A stretch of 64,000 bases of DNA from Klebsormidium nitens. Lineage: Eukaryota; Plantae; Klebsormidiophyceae. The DNA lies in contig DF237024.1 of NCBI GenBank assembly GCA_000708835.1, positions 1 to 64,000 of the forward strand. The letters run 5' to 3'. The notes below the pieces were generated by a model. It had not been told where the DNA came from. It saw only the letters and a list, made by a program, of their open reading frames with translations, and ran no database searches. Positions 12,701 to 25,740 of this stretch are shown here, piece by piece. A program made the translations under genes and the position numbers. Position 1 is the first letter of the stretch; the number at the start of each line of letters is the position of its first letter.

Positions 12701-15605
12701 CTCTGTACATAACGTACATCGAGCAGCGCACGGACGCGGGCACGCCAGCCATGCCACCTTTCACCCAGCAATGCCCCAAAATGTGTAAGCACGACGTGAT
12801 AAACTACTCAGAATATCCTAGACCCGGTAAACCTAAAGCCAAACCCTCAATAGCCAACCCTGAAACCCTCCCATTTCTGATATTCTTCCAGGAGACCCTG
12901 TACATAAGTGACATTGAGCAGCGCGAGGACGCGGGCACACCCGTTACGGAGCGTATCCTCCAAAACTTCCTAAACCTAAACCCGTTCTTAACCCTGATCT
13001 TGAATTCCTAAACCCAAATCCTAAATCCTGAAACCCTCCTATTCCTCGTATCTTCCAGGAGACCCTGTACATAAGTGACATTGAGCAGCGCGAGGACGCG
13101 GGCACGCCCGCCATCCTGCAGAAGATGCGCGCCGCGCTCGCGTTCTGGGTCAAGCAGTGCATCGGCGCTGACGTCATCGAGCGCACGGAGGGCGCGCTCA
13201 TCCGCGCGGCGCTGCAGCGGCTGGCGCGCAACCCGCGCGTGGAAGTGCTTGGCAACTGCGAGGTGAGGCTCCTACGTTACCTCAGTATGGGAGCGACGAA
13301 ATTGGCACTCACTGGTTCGTAGATTAGGCGCCAGGATCGCATCTTCTTGGTCGCTGAATCACTCTGCGTTTTGTCGACGATTTCGGAGCGGGCGCTCCCC
13401 ATACACAACCGCGAAGCCTGCGGAAAGACAAATGCCCCGTTTCAAAGCTGCGCTTTCCCTTCAAAACTTTCTGCCGCATACAGCTTTAGCGCACTGCAGA
13501 TAATGACTTAACACAGCGCAACCACCGCGAAGCGTCGACCGTACCAATCCACGCGCAGAATGATGGCCTGACCAGACCGTTCGTTCAATTTAGATGAAGA
13601 CCACTTCAAACCCCTGTTTTCGTGCTAAGTCGTTAGCTTGACGTTTTCCTTCCCGATCTTTCCGCTCTTTACTTCCGAGATTCACAAATGGAAGACCCTC
13701 GGTGTCACGAAGCCCACTACAAGCATAAAGGACTCGCCGAAAAGGAACTCCGGCTGACGTCAGCAGCAACTCCTCTTGCAGGTTCCGAGGCTGGCGGTTC
13801 TGTCGTTCCTGATCCGTCCATTCTCGACGTCGACCACCGGGCGGAACGGAAAGGCGCTGAACGGCCGGTTTGTGGTCAACCTGCTCAACGACCTGTTCGG
13901 GATCCAGGCGCGGGGCGGCTGCTCTTGCGCGGGGCCATACGGGCACGCGCTTATGAATGTGAGAATAGAAAAGTCTGATGAGTCCAGCACCCGGGGAATA
14001 GAGGATGCCAGTCCAAACTGGCTTTATCGCCCCTAATCGTTTCCTCAATGGAGATGTATACCGGTCGTCAGGCCTTTGGCCTTCTCGAACTCGCCTTTTT
14101 CGTTTGCACTCAAACGATGGCAGCATTTGCCCGACAAGATCAAACGTAGTACAAGATTTAAGGCCGTTGATGCTTCTGGAGTGAAAGCAGGCGACCAGAA
14201 AGGCCATTTCCTGACTTGCTGGTCGCCCCTGGCAGGTTGACCGCCAGCTGTCCGTAGCCATCCGGGAGGCGATCGCGGACGGCAACGAGTCCGTCAAGCC
14301 GGGGTGGACCCGCTTGGGCTTTGCTTACTTCATCACTCAGGTTTGTGACGTCATAAGCCAGTTTTTCCATTTGCTAATGTGTCGGCCATAGATGTATTAC
14401 CCGGTGTCAGCACGACGAAACTTGTCTCACTACAAATTAAGTTTCACTCAGTCTACGTGGTCGTTTGACGCTTCGGACGCCCCGGATCAACTCAGTGAGC
14501 ACTACCCTTTCTGACAATCTTTTCCTTTAGCGTCTTTTATTGTCAAGTTACTGTCAAAATGAGAAGCACTTACTCTGCTGAATGCTCAAAACATTAAATA
14601 AATCATTGCCGATTTCGTACCACTTTTTGCCACAACGCAATTCTGAGGCGCGCTGAGAGGGCCTTCGATCCAGAAATGATATATGCGACCCTCTTCAAAG
14701 CTGAACCAAGATGCTAGCAAGATGAGCAGTAATTTGTTTGACATCAATTTGGAACCTCACCTCATTGTCCGTTCCCTTTGCAGGCTGAGTTCGAGTTCAT
14801 CCTGGCCGCCATCGAGTTTGTCGCCGAGTACGGCGTCCGCTTCCTTCCGCTCTACGACTTCGACTGGAAGAGCGGGAACTGGAGCTACAAGGGCTTCCAG
14901 CGGGAGTCTCAGTCGCTGTTCGACCCGGTGACGGTTGACGAGGCAGCCTGCTTGTGGAAGGCGCGCGGAGACGCGTTGAGCGCGCGCGCGGAAGAGCGGG
15001 CGCAGCCGCCTTATGCGAGGTAAGGGTTACAGCCTCTGAGTGATTCTTTCTCTTCTTGTTCCTCCTTTCTTTTCCGCAGAACGTAGCCACTAAGCATCAT
15101 TGAATCTGACGCAATTCAGTGAGCTTTGAGGGCCACTAAGGGAGCGTCATGATTTGCGCATGCCTGTCTTGAAGTGGTTGGCACGAGGGCCGTTCGAGAG
15201 GCGAGCCTGCGCCGTGGGATACCAAGAAAGCTGCGATTGGCGGACTGCCTTCGTCTTTTCTCACTGCGGCAGTCTTCCGGCACAGAATATCCCGCTCCTG
15301 TAATGTAATTGAGTACGCAATCTGCGGATGCTTCCGGTGGAGATTGCTCTTGATGCCTTGAGTAACCGTGAGGTCGTCTTGGTTTCTTGACAGCCATTGT
15401 ATGTCGTAGATGTCACTGCCTGTCGTGCTTTACCTGTACCAAGCTTTTGCGCATCTTCATTACTATACAATCTGAGCCCCTTTGAGTCATCTGCAGGTAT
15501 CTCAAAGAGGCTCAGGCGCTAGCAGTGAACCTGCCGCCCTACAAAGGTGCCGAGCAACCAAACACTTCAACATTAGATGAGCGGGTAATAACATTTGTCG
15601 TGTAA
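9735..15605 (+). CDS. Class-V PLP-dependent aminotransferase / cysteine desulfurase-like protein (5' end unresolved)
   Basis: Exons ~9735-9911, 10353-10507, ~10840-11051, ~11519-11676, ~11921-12096, 13059-13262, 13782-13958, 14236-14340, ~14784-15019, ~15497-15605. Motifs: YTDYIASGR, YGNTHTE, GSGCTAAVKRLQ, GPYEHHSN, FSAASNVTG, FDFAAAAPY, SPHKFVGGPG (PLP lysine), GIQARGGCSCAGPYGH, KPGWTRL. Confidence 0.87.
12174..12272 (+). repeat. Degenerate copy of exon 3' end + donor (echo of ~12003-12102)
   Basis: cacgtgaacggaaagagcgaagcg|GTAAGA versus the real tacgtgaacggaaacagcgaagcg|GTGAGA; offset 170 nt. Confidence 0.85.
12697..13109 (+). repeat. Three tandem copies of exon 5' end (ETLYISDIEQREDAGTP) at 12697, 12892 and 13059 (real)
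   Basis: 12892-12942 matches 13059-13109 at 50/51 nt and keeps the ttcttccag acceptor. The 12697 copy is more diverged and lacks AG. Confidence 0.9.
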
Positions 15606-16976
15606 AGGCAGGCTATTGAACAATTTCTGAGTGGATACGCTCGCGGACTTTGGACATACGATCATTGGCCCATCCGGGTTCGTCGACATAAGAGGATACT
15701 CCACCTTTGGAATTACCGATGAGGCACGCATAGCTTAACTCGGCGGTTGAAAACACCACTGTACGGAACGTGTATCATTTTAGACGTGACATCAGTGCAG
15801 TTTGGGATAGCAAAGTGGCTACAGGATCTGGTTGAGTTTTTCAGCGTTGTAGCAGATTGAGGATTTGGACGTAGAAACGGCAGAAATAGTAGAAAGATAG
15901 CATTCGAAGATCGACGGTGTTGCCTGTAAGATAATTTGCATAACGGCCTAGGCGATAGATTACGCATATAATAGATGTGAAACTGCATGCAAGTGATTCA
16001 TTAAACTGATGCGCGCAGCGACTTAACGAAGAAAGACAATGATTGCCTATAGTATCATGCATGCCTGGACTCACACGGCGGCGGGCCTTGATTGGTCGAG
16101 CCTGGACCTCTGCAAGAAGCTAGGACTACACCTGTGCCCGCGCAGGGCAGCCTAGCTCGGTTCAGTCTGCTGAGACTCGGAGCCAAGAGCTTTAAATTAG
16201 TGCAAGTTTCAAACCATACAGCTAGGCTTAGATGCAGTCAGCCCTTCCGAAGTTCGAATTAGCGAATATGATACCTGTACATGACGTATAGGAAACACCG
16301 ATTAAACTAGGTCTGAGCTGGCGCTCCGAAGCATGGCAGTGGGCTTCAATTGTTGATTACTCATGCATGAGTATATGGGGTTGATGCACCGCGTGATAAT
16401 GATACGGTATGGATATAAGCCGCAAGACATATCCGACGACGATTGTATTCGTTGAAGCTCGTGCATATCAAAGGCTTGGGGCCGGACGTCATGAGCAGGT
16501 ACAGAAGGCCATGGGCCACTGCCAGGCTTCTTCAAATAGGTGTCAGGTGCCCTATTGCGCAATACTTATATTCCCGTCGACTACAATAATTCATTCGGAG
16601 TTGATTCCTCAGTGCTCAATGCTCGAGTGCCTTCCCAGACATGCAATTTCCCAATCCTCACCGCACGACACAATCTGGCGCTCTACTTTTCTGATCTACT
16701 AGAAGCGGCGAACCGAACATTGAATGGAATGCTCGCGTGTCGAGCTAGACTTGAAACTTTGCTTCGGAACAAAGTTTCTTCGGGCAAGACGCACCTCTGG
16801 TGGCGGGAGCACACTGGTCGGAGATCTCCGATGCTAGCCAGGACAAGATGCAAAGGTCAAAATGCTTATAGTAATCTGCGAACAATAAATCCTAGCTTTC
16901 ATAGTGGGTGGCTCCCTTTTGGTTCCTATTCGCAGATTGAGGTTCATCTCTTAGACTGTACCTGCCTACTCCTGAT

Positions 16977-19900
16977 CTACGCGTGTATACGACACGCAGC
17001 GTACATAGCGGCGACCTCTTTGTGATCATTACGATCATACATGATTCGAAGGGAAGCTATGGCTAATTCCACATCGCTCCGGTTGTACAAAACAGCAGTC
17101 TGCCCGTGACCGCTGGAGCCCAAGCCCTTTGGCGAAATTGACCCCTTCTTTGGAGGCGGCAGCGGCTGCTCGTCGATGTCGACAGCAGGATGACGTGGAG
17201 GCTTCTGCAGCTGCCACGTGGCATCTGCTTGGGGTGTCTCAGCGAGATCTCTGGGCCTTGCCTCTGCTGCAGATGATACACCTGCTTCGTCTCCTTCGGG
17301 GGGTCTTACTGAAGCCCACGCGAAACTGATGCAGTCCTGAAGGAATGCTTGTCGCTGCACGAAACGTAAGCAAAGCAATCAATGCAACATTCCGTATTGC
17401 AATCTCTTGAAGCATATTCGAAGGTACGCACACAACTGAGACAGCTTCTGTCTTTCAGGGTTTTCGCAATGATATCATAGGGGGCGAAGGAGACAATTGC
17501 GCAAAGTGACTAGGAACGAGAGGCGGCCCTACATTTCCGACGATGGCCTCCGAATGTCGTCCTGGACACTGCAGAGATTGGGAGGAAACACCAGAACTTT
17601 CGCTCCAGAACCAAGAACAGGGCCTAACGAGTATGCTACAAGAGCTTTCTGACGGATCCGCTTACCTTTACCAGCGGGTCTCGAAGCGCCGAGAAGTCGC
17701 CGGGCTCCGTACAGGCCAGCACGTGGAGGAGCGTCGCTAAGACCTGTGCAGAAAGGAAACGCTCGACCTCATTCTCTTGCAGAAAGTCTTAATTAGAGGG
17801 AAGCTTCGGCGTTGCCACGCGTCTGCTCGGAATTTGATTGGATAAGGACCTGCGTATCCTACGCTGAAGGGCGCGCACGTGATTTTGCGACGCACCAGAC
17901 TGTAAGTGCAGTCCTCAGTCGCCGCAATCTCCTGCAAGCAACTATCAGAGTCTGTCTCCGCTGGCAATACCGCCTGTATGGAGGCATCCGTTACCCCTCC
18001 TAAAGCAGCCCCGATACAAACCCAGTTGTCCGTCCGGCATATCACCTGCTCTTGCAGGTTGCTGCGGTACTTGAAGTCGCTCGGACGCTCCCCCTGGTCC
18101 GATTCTAAGCTCTCGAGAGTGGCGGCGAAGCAGCGCACGATGTCCGGGAAAGACATGCCGTAATCTGGCCATCACAAAAAGTTCCATAAGCTACGTCTAC
18201 TTTACACGGAAATCGAAGTGAGTCGAGGCATTGAACGAGAAGCGCGGGCTGAAGTCAGGGATGGGCAGAAAGCACATTTGATGTCCTGATTGATTCAATC
18301 TCTTTTTCTAGCCCGAACTTCAGCACCCTCCACAGCAAGACTGCGACTTTTTCTCTCGAAACAATATCGGATCGTCGCTAATGTCAACCAACATTGCCCA
18401 TCAAGACTTACTGTATCTTGAGACTCACCAGATGCGTGCTTCAGAAGGCTACCGGTTTGGCTCATGGAAAGCCGTGAAAAGAACAAAAAGAATTGCAGGG
18501 GACACGCGCTTACCTTTTCGATTTGTTGGCACGGCCAGAGCTGCGGCTGCTTGGATCCTGATCTTGAAGTTGGTCGAAGTCCGCAAAAGCAAGAGCAGGA
18601 CGGAGTATACGGAAGGGGACCTGCGGGGGAAAAGGGGAGAGCTTTCTCAATAGTGTCATGAAAGCACAGGCCAATTGCAGTTTCGGAAAGAAAAAAAAAA
18701 CCAGACGATGCGCTTGCGTGTTCAGCTGGCTTGTCAAACGTGCGAGGAATCAAGGATGTTCAGAGGAGCACCTGCAACTTTCCGGCGTAATATACGAGGC
18801 TGTGTGTGAGCTCATGCGGAATCTTCAGAGCACCTATGGTAATGATGCAGTGGACCACAATGCATCCGGGTGACAGCCTCTTTGACCACCTCGTAAAGGC
18901 TAAAAAACATTGATCATCCAGAGCCTCAATGAACGAGCTAACCGCATCGCCCACGTGACGATCTTCATCGTCTTGACACCTGACGCCAGAGTTCTCAACA
19001 CGTTGCAGCCAAACCACTGATACTTTAACCACATGTAAACATTGCAGATTCAAGATGTTTCAGAATCAAGCAGCTGACACAGGTCAGACCTACCGACTAC
19101 CATACCAACTCATAGACCATAGCTTCACGAGTCCCGCCAACAATGGTCTCACCATTTCGCAGACGCCAGATCGACTGTTCGGTTGCCGAGCAAATGCGCC
19201 AGTGCATGGCACACATTCCACTGCACTTTGACGTTGCCAGTCGTCGTACACGTCAGCAGCGCCGCCACCATCCTGTCGATCCACGTGTCGCCCTGTGATT
19301 CGCCGGCGACGATGCTGAGGTCGGCGACGGCGGACAGGTTCCCGAGCGCGCGCACTGCATTCGCACGTACTTTGTCCCCGTCTCGGACAGCTTCAAGAGC
19401 GGCTTCGGTGAGGGGTTTCAGGGTCTCCGACGGAACTGCACAGCGGAAGCAAAGTTCAAGCTCTGGCGGAAGGCAAAGCGGAATGAGGGTTCAAAAAATG
19501 CAGGTTATGGGACCAGAAAAGCGAGGCCCAAGCGTCAGGACGGATTCTAAAGTCAAAGAGACTGACTCTTCTACGAACACAGCCGCAGAGATATGCATGG
19601 TAGCAATTCGTGGGCGGTAGATATTGCGGATACGTAAAGCGACTTGCACCGTTGAAATTGCACGGAGAATGCAAGTTTGAAGAATAAAGTCGCTCCAGTA
19701 GTCCCGATCGCACAAGCTACACGAACATTCAGGATACAGACCCATGCAAGAACGGAAAGCGCTACGACGGGCCCACCTCGCTGCGCCGACCCCTTGTCTC
19801 CCTCCTGCTCCCCCAGAGCTTCGCAGAGGTTGGCGAGCGCCCAGGTCGCCAAGATGTGCACGGAAACGACTGGATCACTGACGCCCTTCAGAATTGCTTG

Positions 19901-22900
19901 CGTCAGCAGGTGTCGGTCAGGGACGAACGGGAAACTGATTGTGACGCCGGCGGCGCGGCAGGCGGCAGATCGGACGGCTGGTATTGGATCCTGGGAAGCC
20001 TTAGCCTGTACAGAGACCACCAACTTCTGGTTCGCTAACATTCACAACATGTACAGAAGTTGTGGGGCGCTGTTCCAAAAACAAAGTGGGCAAGAACTTT
20101 TCAGGTGCTTTAATCGCAGCAGCGGTGTGATTTACGTGGAGGAATATGTCAAGGGGCTTGCTCAGGAAACTCGACGTGAGTGACGTTTTCGAAAGTCAAA
20201 ACAATAGCTAAATCCTCATCACGGTTTCGTACTAGTCTGAGGTGTCGATTCTTGTAGGTATACGAAAGGCGACATGTGTCAGTCGGCAACACACTAACAC
20301 TCGTTTCTGCAATCCAGTTTTGGATGACAAATTCAGTCAAGGAATTGAAGGGGACAGAGCGCCGAAGCTCACGGCTGACTGGACTACGAAGTCCTTCTGC
20401 TGAGCATCGAAGCTTTCGAAAACGGGTCGTGAGAGGCCCGCCAAGCACCCCAGAGCCGCGCTTCGGACCTGCCAAACGAGAAAAGTCGGAGCGTCAGTGC
20501 TCAAGGAAGCAATATCACAACATCACCGATTTCATCGGAGAGTTCTCTGGACCCGCCACTCCTGCTTGAGCGACCGGCCCCAGAAGGAATATGTGTACCC
20601 AACGAAACTAGGGCTGGCGCTCCTGCCAAGAAGTGCCGGCTGAGAGTTCACCGGACAGCAATCCGTAGACGCAACATATGCTGACTCTTCAGAGCCTCGT
20701 GGGCACAGCTTAGAAGGCAGACTTTATTGCTCGGGTGCGTAATAGGGCAAGAACAACTTGCAGTCGAAGACATCTGGCTCGCTTCAAAGCAGTCACTTGT
20801 TAAAGCGGCAGGAAGCCTGTAGATCATACGTGCGCTACTGCGCAAGATACTGAACCTTGTCCTTGGTTTTGAGATGTTTCTGAACTTGAAAATCGGAAAC
20901 AGTCTGCAGTTCACAGAGGCACGTCCGTCACTCTCTCATGCTCGTAATCTGATAAGCACGGAGTCTCACCATGGGAGCCTGATGAGCCAACAACCAGGGC
21001 ACGTGCCTCGACAGCACCTCCTTCCACGTGGCACACGCTACCACCAGTAAAGCGCTCCCGTCGCTTTCCGTTTGACCCCTTTCCGCAACACCTCCTTCCG
21101 CTCGCGCAAGCTGCTTCGGGCCCTGGCGAAGGTCCGCCCGGTTCTGGGGCTTGGACACCGACTCGCTATCGTCCCCCCCGGAAATAGACCTCAGTAACTC
21201 GTCCATCACTTTCACGCCCCCCAGAACCAGTCTATCGTCAGTGACGCCCGCTGAAGCCCCGCCGAACGCCCCCCCGAGCAGAGTCGACAGGGCGGGCCAC
21301 AGCCCGACGTAGCGTGCGCCGTAGTTTCGGAGCGCTTCCCGGAGCGCCGCGAACGCCTCGAGCGCGATCGCGGGGGCCGTCGGCGGCTGGCAATAGCTTA
21401 TGAGGTCCGCGAGCAGCGGGCTTGGAGAGCTCGGTGCCGCGGGGGTTGCGCCGCACGCGTCGGGAGGCCCAGTTACGAGCAGATCCGCAACTTTCTCGAC
21501 CGGGGTGAATGTCCCGAGGGCAGCGCCGAGGCAGGCAACGGCCGCGGCGCCCGCCCCGCCCGCCTCCGCAGCGAACTGGTTCGCGAGCAGGGCCCGCGTC
21601 TTCCGGTGAACCTGTTTAACAGTGTCGGGAAGAAGGTCGTCGGGGAGGCGATGATAAGGCGCCGCGCTTATGAGCAGCGCCAGGGCCTTGAACGCCCCGG
21701 CCAGCACCTGCGCGCTCCGTTCCGTTCCGACGCTGTGAAGCAGCCCCGCATGGAGTTGCTTGACGATCAGCCCGAGCGTCGCTGAGAGCGACAGGAACGG
21801 CCCTGAGCGCGCGTCGTCCTTCCACTCCGCGGCTTGCAGGAACGCCCGCGCCGGGCCCTCGAGCATCGCTCCGATCGCCGCGGCCGCCGCGAGGCGCACT
21901 TTGGGGAGGGGGTCTGAGAGGAGCGGGTTCAGGAGGTGCGGGATGGGGGGCCTTGTCAGCAGGGCCCCGTGCGTGGGGAGCAGCGCGGCCCACTGAGAGT
22001 GTAGGGCCTTGGGGTCCCGGCGCGCGACCGCCTGCACGCACGACATGGCCTCAATGCGCACCTTGGAGGCCTTGTAACGGTCGCCGTCGGCCCCGGCACC
22101 GTCGCTGTCACTTTGCTCAGACTCGGAGGATAACACTAAAGCAACGTCAGGGGCGCGAAACGAGGCCCCGGGTTTCGTAGGGGTGCCGTTGGAGCTCGGG
22201 AGTGGCAGGAGGGGCGGCTGTGTTTTCCGCAGATGAGGGGGGACGTAAGCGCTCTTCGTTGCGGCAGATCCCGGCCCAGGTCCGGCTCCCTCGTTTCTCC
22301 CGCGTTCACTGTTACTACCAGAGGCGTCTCCGCTTATCTCTAGGGAGTTGAGAGTCTGGGCGAGAGCTCGGGCAGATGGAGCGCCTTCGGAGTCTGAGCC
22401 GCTTTTCGTATCTTGGAAAGAGCCCCGGCGCCAGGGCTGGTCGCGCCGGGGAGTGGTGGACGCGCTTCCTGGCCGCTTGGTAAGGCCGTAAGTGAAGAAG
22501 GGCCGAAGAGAGGGAACCAGGGAAGCGACCTGTACAAAATGTAGAGCGATCTGAAACCGGAATTGTCGAGTATTTAGCGCGGCAAAATCACAGGTGCTGC
22601 TTCGTGATTCCAAAGCAGTCGTAGCAACTAACGTTGCTCTTAGGTTGCTCATTACGGAACTCGCCTCCTTACTTTCTCAATGTCCCTACCAATATAGTGT
22701 CTGCATTCTTGCCACTCTTGCTAGAGCAAACGCTTCTTCTGATCCAGAGCCAGCTGCCGGTGACAGAGGCCATTTGCAGCGAGTATGGAAGTGGTAATCC
22801 AGAAGGGCCTGTGCCTTACCCTGGTATCCAGGGAAACTTTTTCGTGTACAAGTACCAGCTGGAGGCATCGCAGCAAGGCTGCGTAGAGACGGGATGACGC

Positions 22901-24898
22901 AAGATCTTCCATCAGTCGTCCTGGAGCCGTCGCCAAGTCCAATCGCTTTCCGAGCACCTGCGACATCAAGTGTTTAAGTTGATATCAGTGTATTACTTGC
23001 TACTGAACTTTGACAACCGATCGATCTTGTATGGAAAGCTGATGTACCAGCTGTTCGTGAGCAAGAGTCAAGACCCAATGCAACTGAGGAACTGAGCAAG
23101 AGTTTTGCGACTTCCGAACGGGCTGAGTGAGAATGAAAGGGACTCTCTTCTGGACGACCGTCCAGGCAGACTTAGCTCTTTCTTCACAAAGCTGATCAAG
23201 TCACCAAAACTTGTATTCTCATTAGTCAACAAATCAAAGCCGCTATAGAAACAGTTCCCACCTCAAGAGCCTGTGAACAGTGGTCCAAAGTGAGCTGTGC
23301 TCCTGCCTTGGCGAACAGACTGCCAAGAGCGACCAGCGCCAGACGCTGCGCCTCCAGGGGGTCCTCGAAAGCAGAGCGTTCCGCCCCCCCAGAGGACCAT
23401 GATCGGCCTCGGGCTCGGTTGCTCGAGAGACTCGTCTTGGCGGGGGAGGAAGCAGATTGAGGATAGATGGGAGCTTGGCAGAGAGGAAGGAGGTGCTGTA
23501 CGATGGCATCGATGGTTGCTGGCGAGAGCGACGAAGCGTTCTCCTGAACAATGTGGCTGCAGAAGAGGGTCTTCAGTAAGATTACTGATTGTCGACAGCT
23601 CACGGTTGCTCCCATGATACCGTCTTTAAATCAAAGTCGACATATCTATCTTTCAACCCGCTGAACACACCGGTGCAAGCCATCAAGCACAAAAAGGCAT
23701 CAAGTGCACAGAGTCCTTCTGTCTGGTTTTGCAATGGTTCTAAAGGTGTTCACAAGAAGCTCTCCCATAGAGCGGGTTTCTCATGGTCAAATCTTGGCTC
23801 TATTGTAAACAAACATAGAAAAGGTTCACCTGACTGCTTGGATCCCATTCATGTGGGATCTGCCTTGCGACGGGATTGACAGGCCCAATACTAGAGCTGA
23901 CACCACTACAGACAGCTCCCCTGATGGACCAGTCAGTGGGGTGCGTGCGCTTGTGTCAGCCACCTGCATGAAGAAGTTGCCTTGATCCACTAGACGAAAT
24001 TTGCAATGAAGACTTGAGGCCTGGAAGATCAATGTTCAATGATGAAGGTCTTGCATTATGGACGGTCTGTTCTCAAAAATTGAGCTCCTTCTTGACGACG
24101 TCTCTTATGCACGGCAGACTGCCCTACACAGAACATCATCCTTGCGCAGATTGGCCAAGCATTAGTGCACTTGGACCCTTTCACTACAATTTCAAAAAGC
24201 ATGCTCAACCAGCTGCTGCGGTTAGCAAGGGAAGCTTGTTTTTGAGTGGCAGAATGAAAGACTTACCAATTTGGAGTATGTGTCGAGCATCTCAACATCC
24301 GCTGGCGTCGACGATGCTGGACACCGCTTGATGAGAAGAGCTGCCAGACTTGCCAGGAGTTGTACGGCCTGCGCAAAAGAGAACTTAGGTGGTGAGCTCC
24401 AAACTTTCTAATCAGAAGCCTCGCTCAGCAAATTGGTGCTCCAAGCGCCGGAGTCAAAGATTCAAGCTGCGTTCACCGATGTGGTTGGCCCCAGTACTTG
24501 CCTCTCCAAAACGCACCTCTGGCCACGAAGACCAACAATCCCGCTTTTAGACACTCACTGAGATAGCTCTTCAAGTTCAAATTACGAGCTCATTCAAAGG
24601 CAAAAGTATACTGCAGAAAAGTACGGTGTGTACATCTGCATAGGCAAATGCATCTTTCTGGGACAATGGGACTTTAAGCTCAGGTAGTCTCTCTCACCTC
24701 TCCTTTAGTTGTTGGCGAAACTCTGGCTGCTTCTGCCAGTGATTCCTGCAAGAACTCTAGGTCCAGCGGCCTGTCACTCCCTTCTGCCTCCACCACCATT
24801 TGCCGAAGTTGCACACATTGACTTGATGCAGAAGTGGACCCTCCAATGGTTTCCTTAGCTCCTTCAGCACCGCGACAGCAGTTCGATCTCCACGCCAT
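16977..24898 (-). CDS. HEATR6: HEAT repeat-containing protein 6 (HEATR6/DUF4042) homolog, multi-exon
   Basis: Exons include ~24898-24700, ~23550-23262, 22957-22820, 22529-20970 (SKVRIEAMSCVQAVARRDPKALHSQWAALLP), 20468-20373, ~20007-19740, ~19437-19151 (DKVRANAVRALGNL; GNVKVQWNVCHAL), ~18620-18514 (NFKIRIQAAAALAVP), ~18163-18055 (FKYRSNLQEQ), 17743-17666, 17354-16977. Start codon and 5' exons are uncertain. Confidence 0.85.
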
Positions 24899-25740
24899 TC
24901 TCAAAGACTGAAACGATAGCTATGAACTAGGCTCCATCAAGCATATGCAATCTCCATCTTTCAAGCTTCCACTAGATACACCAGGCTGTGAAAGCGAGTG
25001 CGATGTACCGGAAGCGAAGGCTCCCACCTGCTGAAAGTAACCAGTCTTCACCTCGCAATCCGATTGATCATCAATCAAGATGGGGCTATGCTGTGCACGA
25101 CAAATCAGCAAAGAAAGGGGGTCAGAAGTTGGAGAAATTGAAAGAGTCGTGACCCTCTCCACTGTTAGGGTATGAAACCGGTATTGACAAGCATTGACAC
25201 CGGAAAATCGTGCTTTTGAACGGCGACAAAACGTGAAAATGTAAAGGTGGCTTGAATCACTCACAAGATTATGTGCCGAGCATTTCCGCCGGCACAACGT
25301 TCCAACCGGTTTCCCGCAAACGTCTTAGAAGTGTCAGAAACTCCGACAAAACCCGTTTGGAAGGGAAGAGGGTTTTCTTGACAGTGAAATGAGCTCTGGA
25401 AGGTTCTTAACTTCACCCTGGAGGACCTTCAAAGTTCTCATGGTGGCTGGTGGACAATGGCTTTTTGTGTGGCGCCACAGGTTGTCAAAAGCAAGTCAAG
25501 CAAGCTAGGATAGGCTGCAGGTACTACATCTCGAGGATTCGCTTGCACCAGCATTGCTTCTGGCTGCATGACAATCGACGGTGAAGGAGCTGCGTGCTTG
25601 CACCAAAACCCATATCATTCTAGTAGCTCGTGATGTCTTTAAGTTCCTCCTGTCCTGAGCCTTCTTGTACTTGGGATCTTGCTTGCTTAAACCAATTAGG
25701 TGGCTGGTGAACCTACAAAGCTTCTGGTAGCTTATCAACC

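Noticed and set aside
12697-13109. Repeat-spacer pattern superficially like a CRISPR array (also 43833-44330)
   Set aside because: The repeats are copies of eukaryotic exon ends, the spacers are homologous to each other, and there are no cas genes.
13590-14297. 235-aa minus-strand ORF and many other antisense ORFs over GC-rich exons (for example 51445-52308, 47127-47765, 32032-32685)
   Set aside because: Shadow ORFs opposite well-supported coding exons, with no motifs of their own.
16540-17025. 161-aa plus-strand ORF between convergent genes
   Set aside because: No domain, overlaps the HEATR6 3' end/UTR, and has no supporting splice structure.
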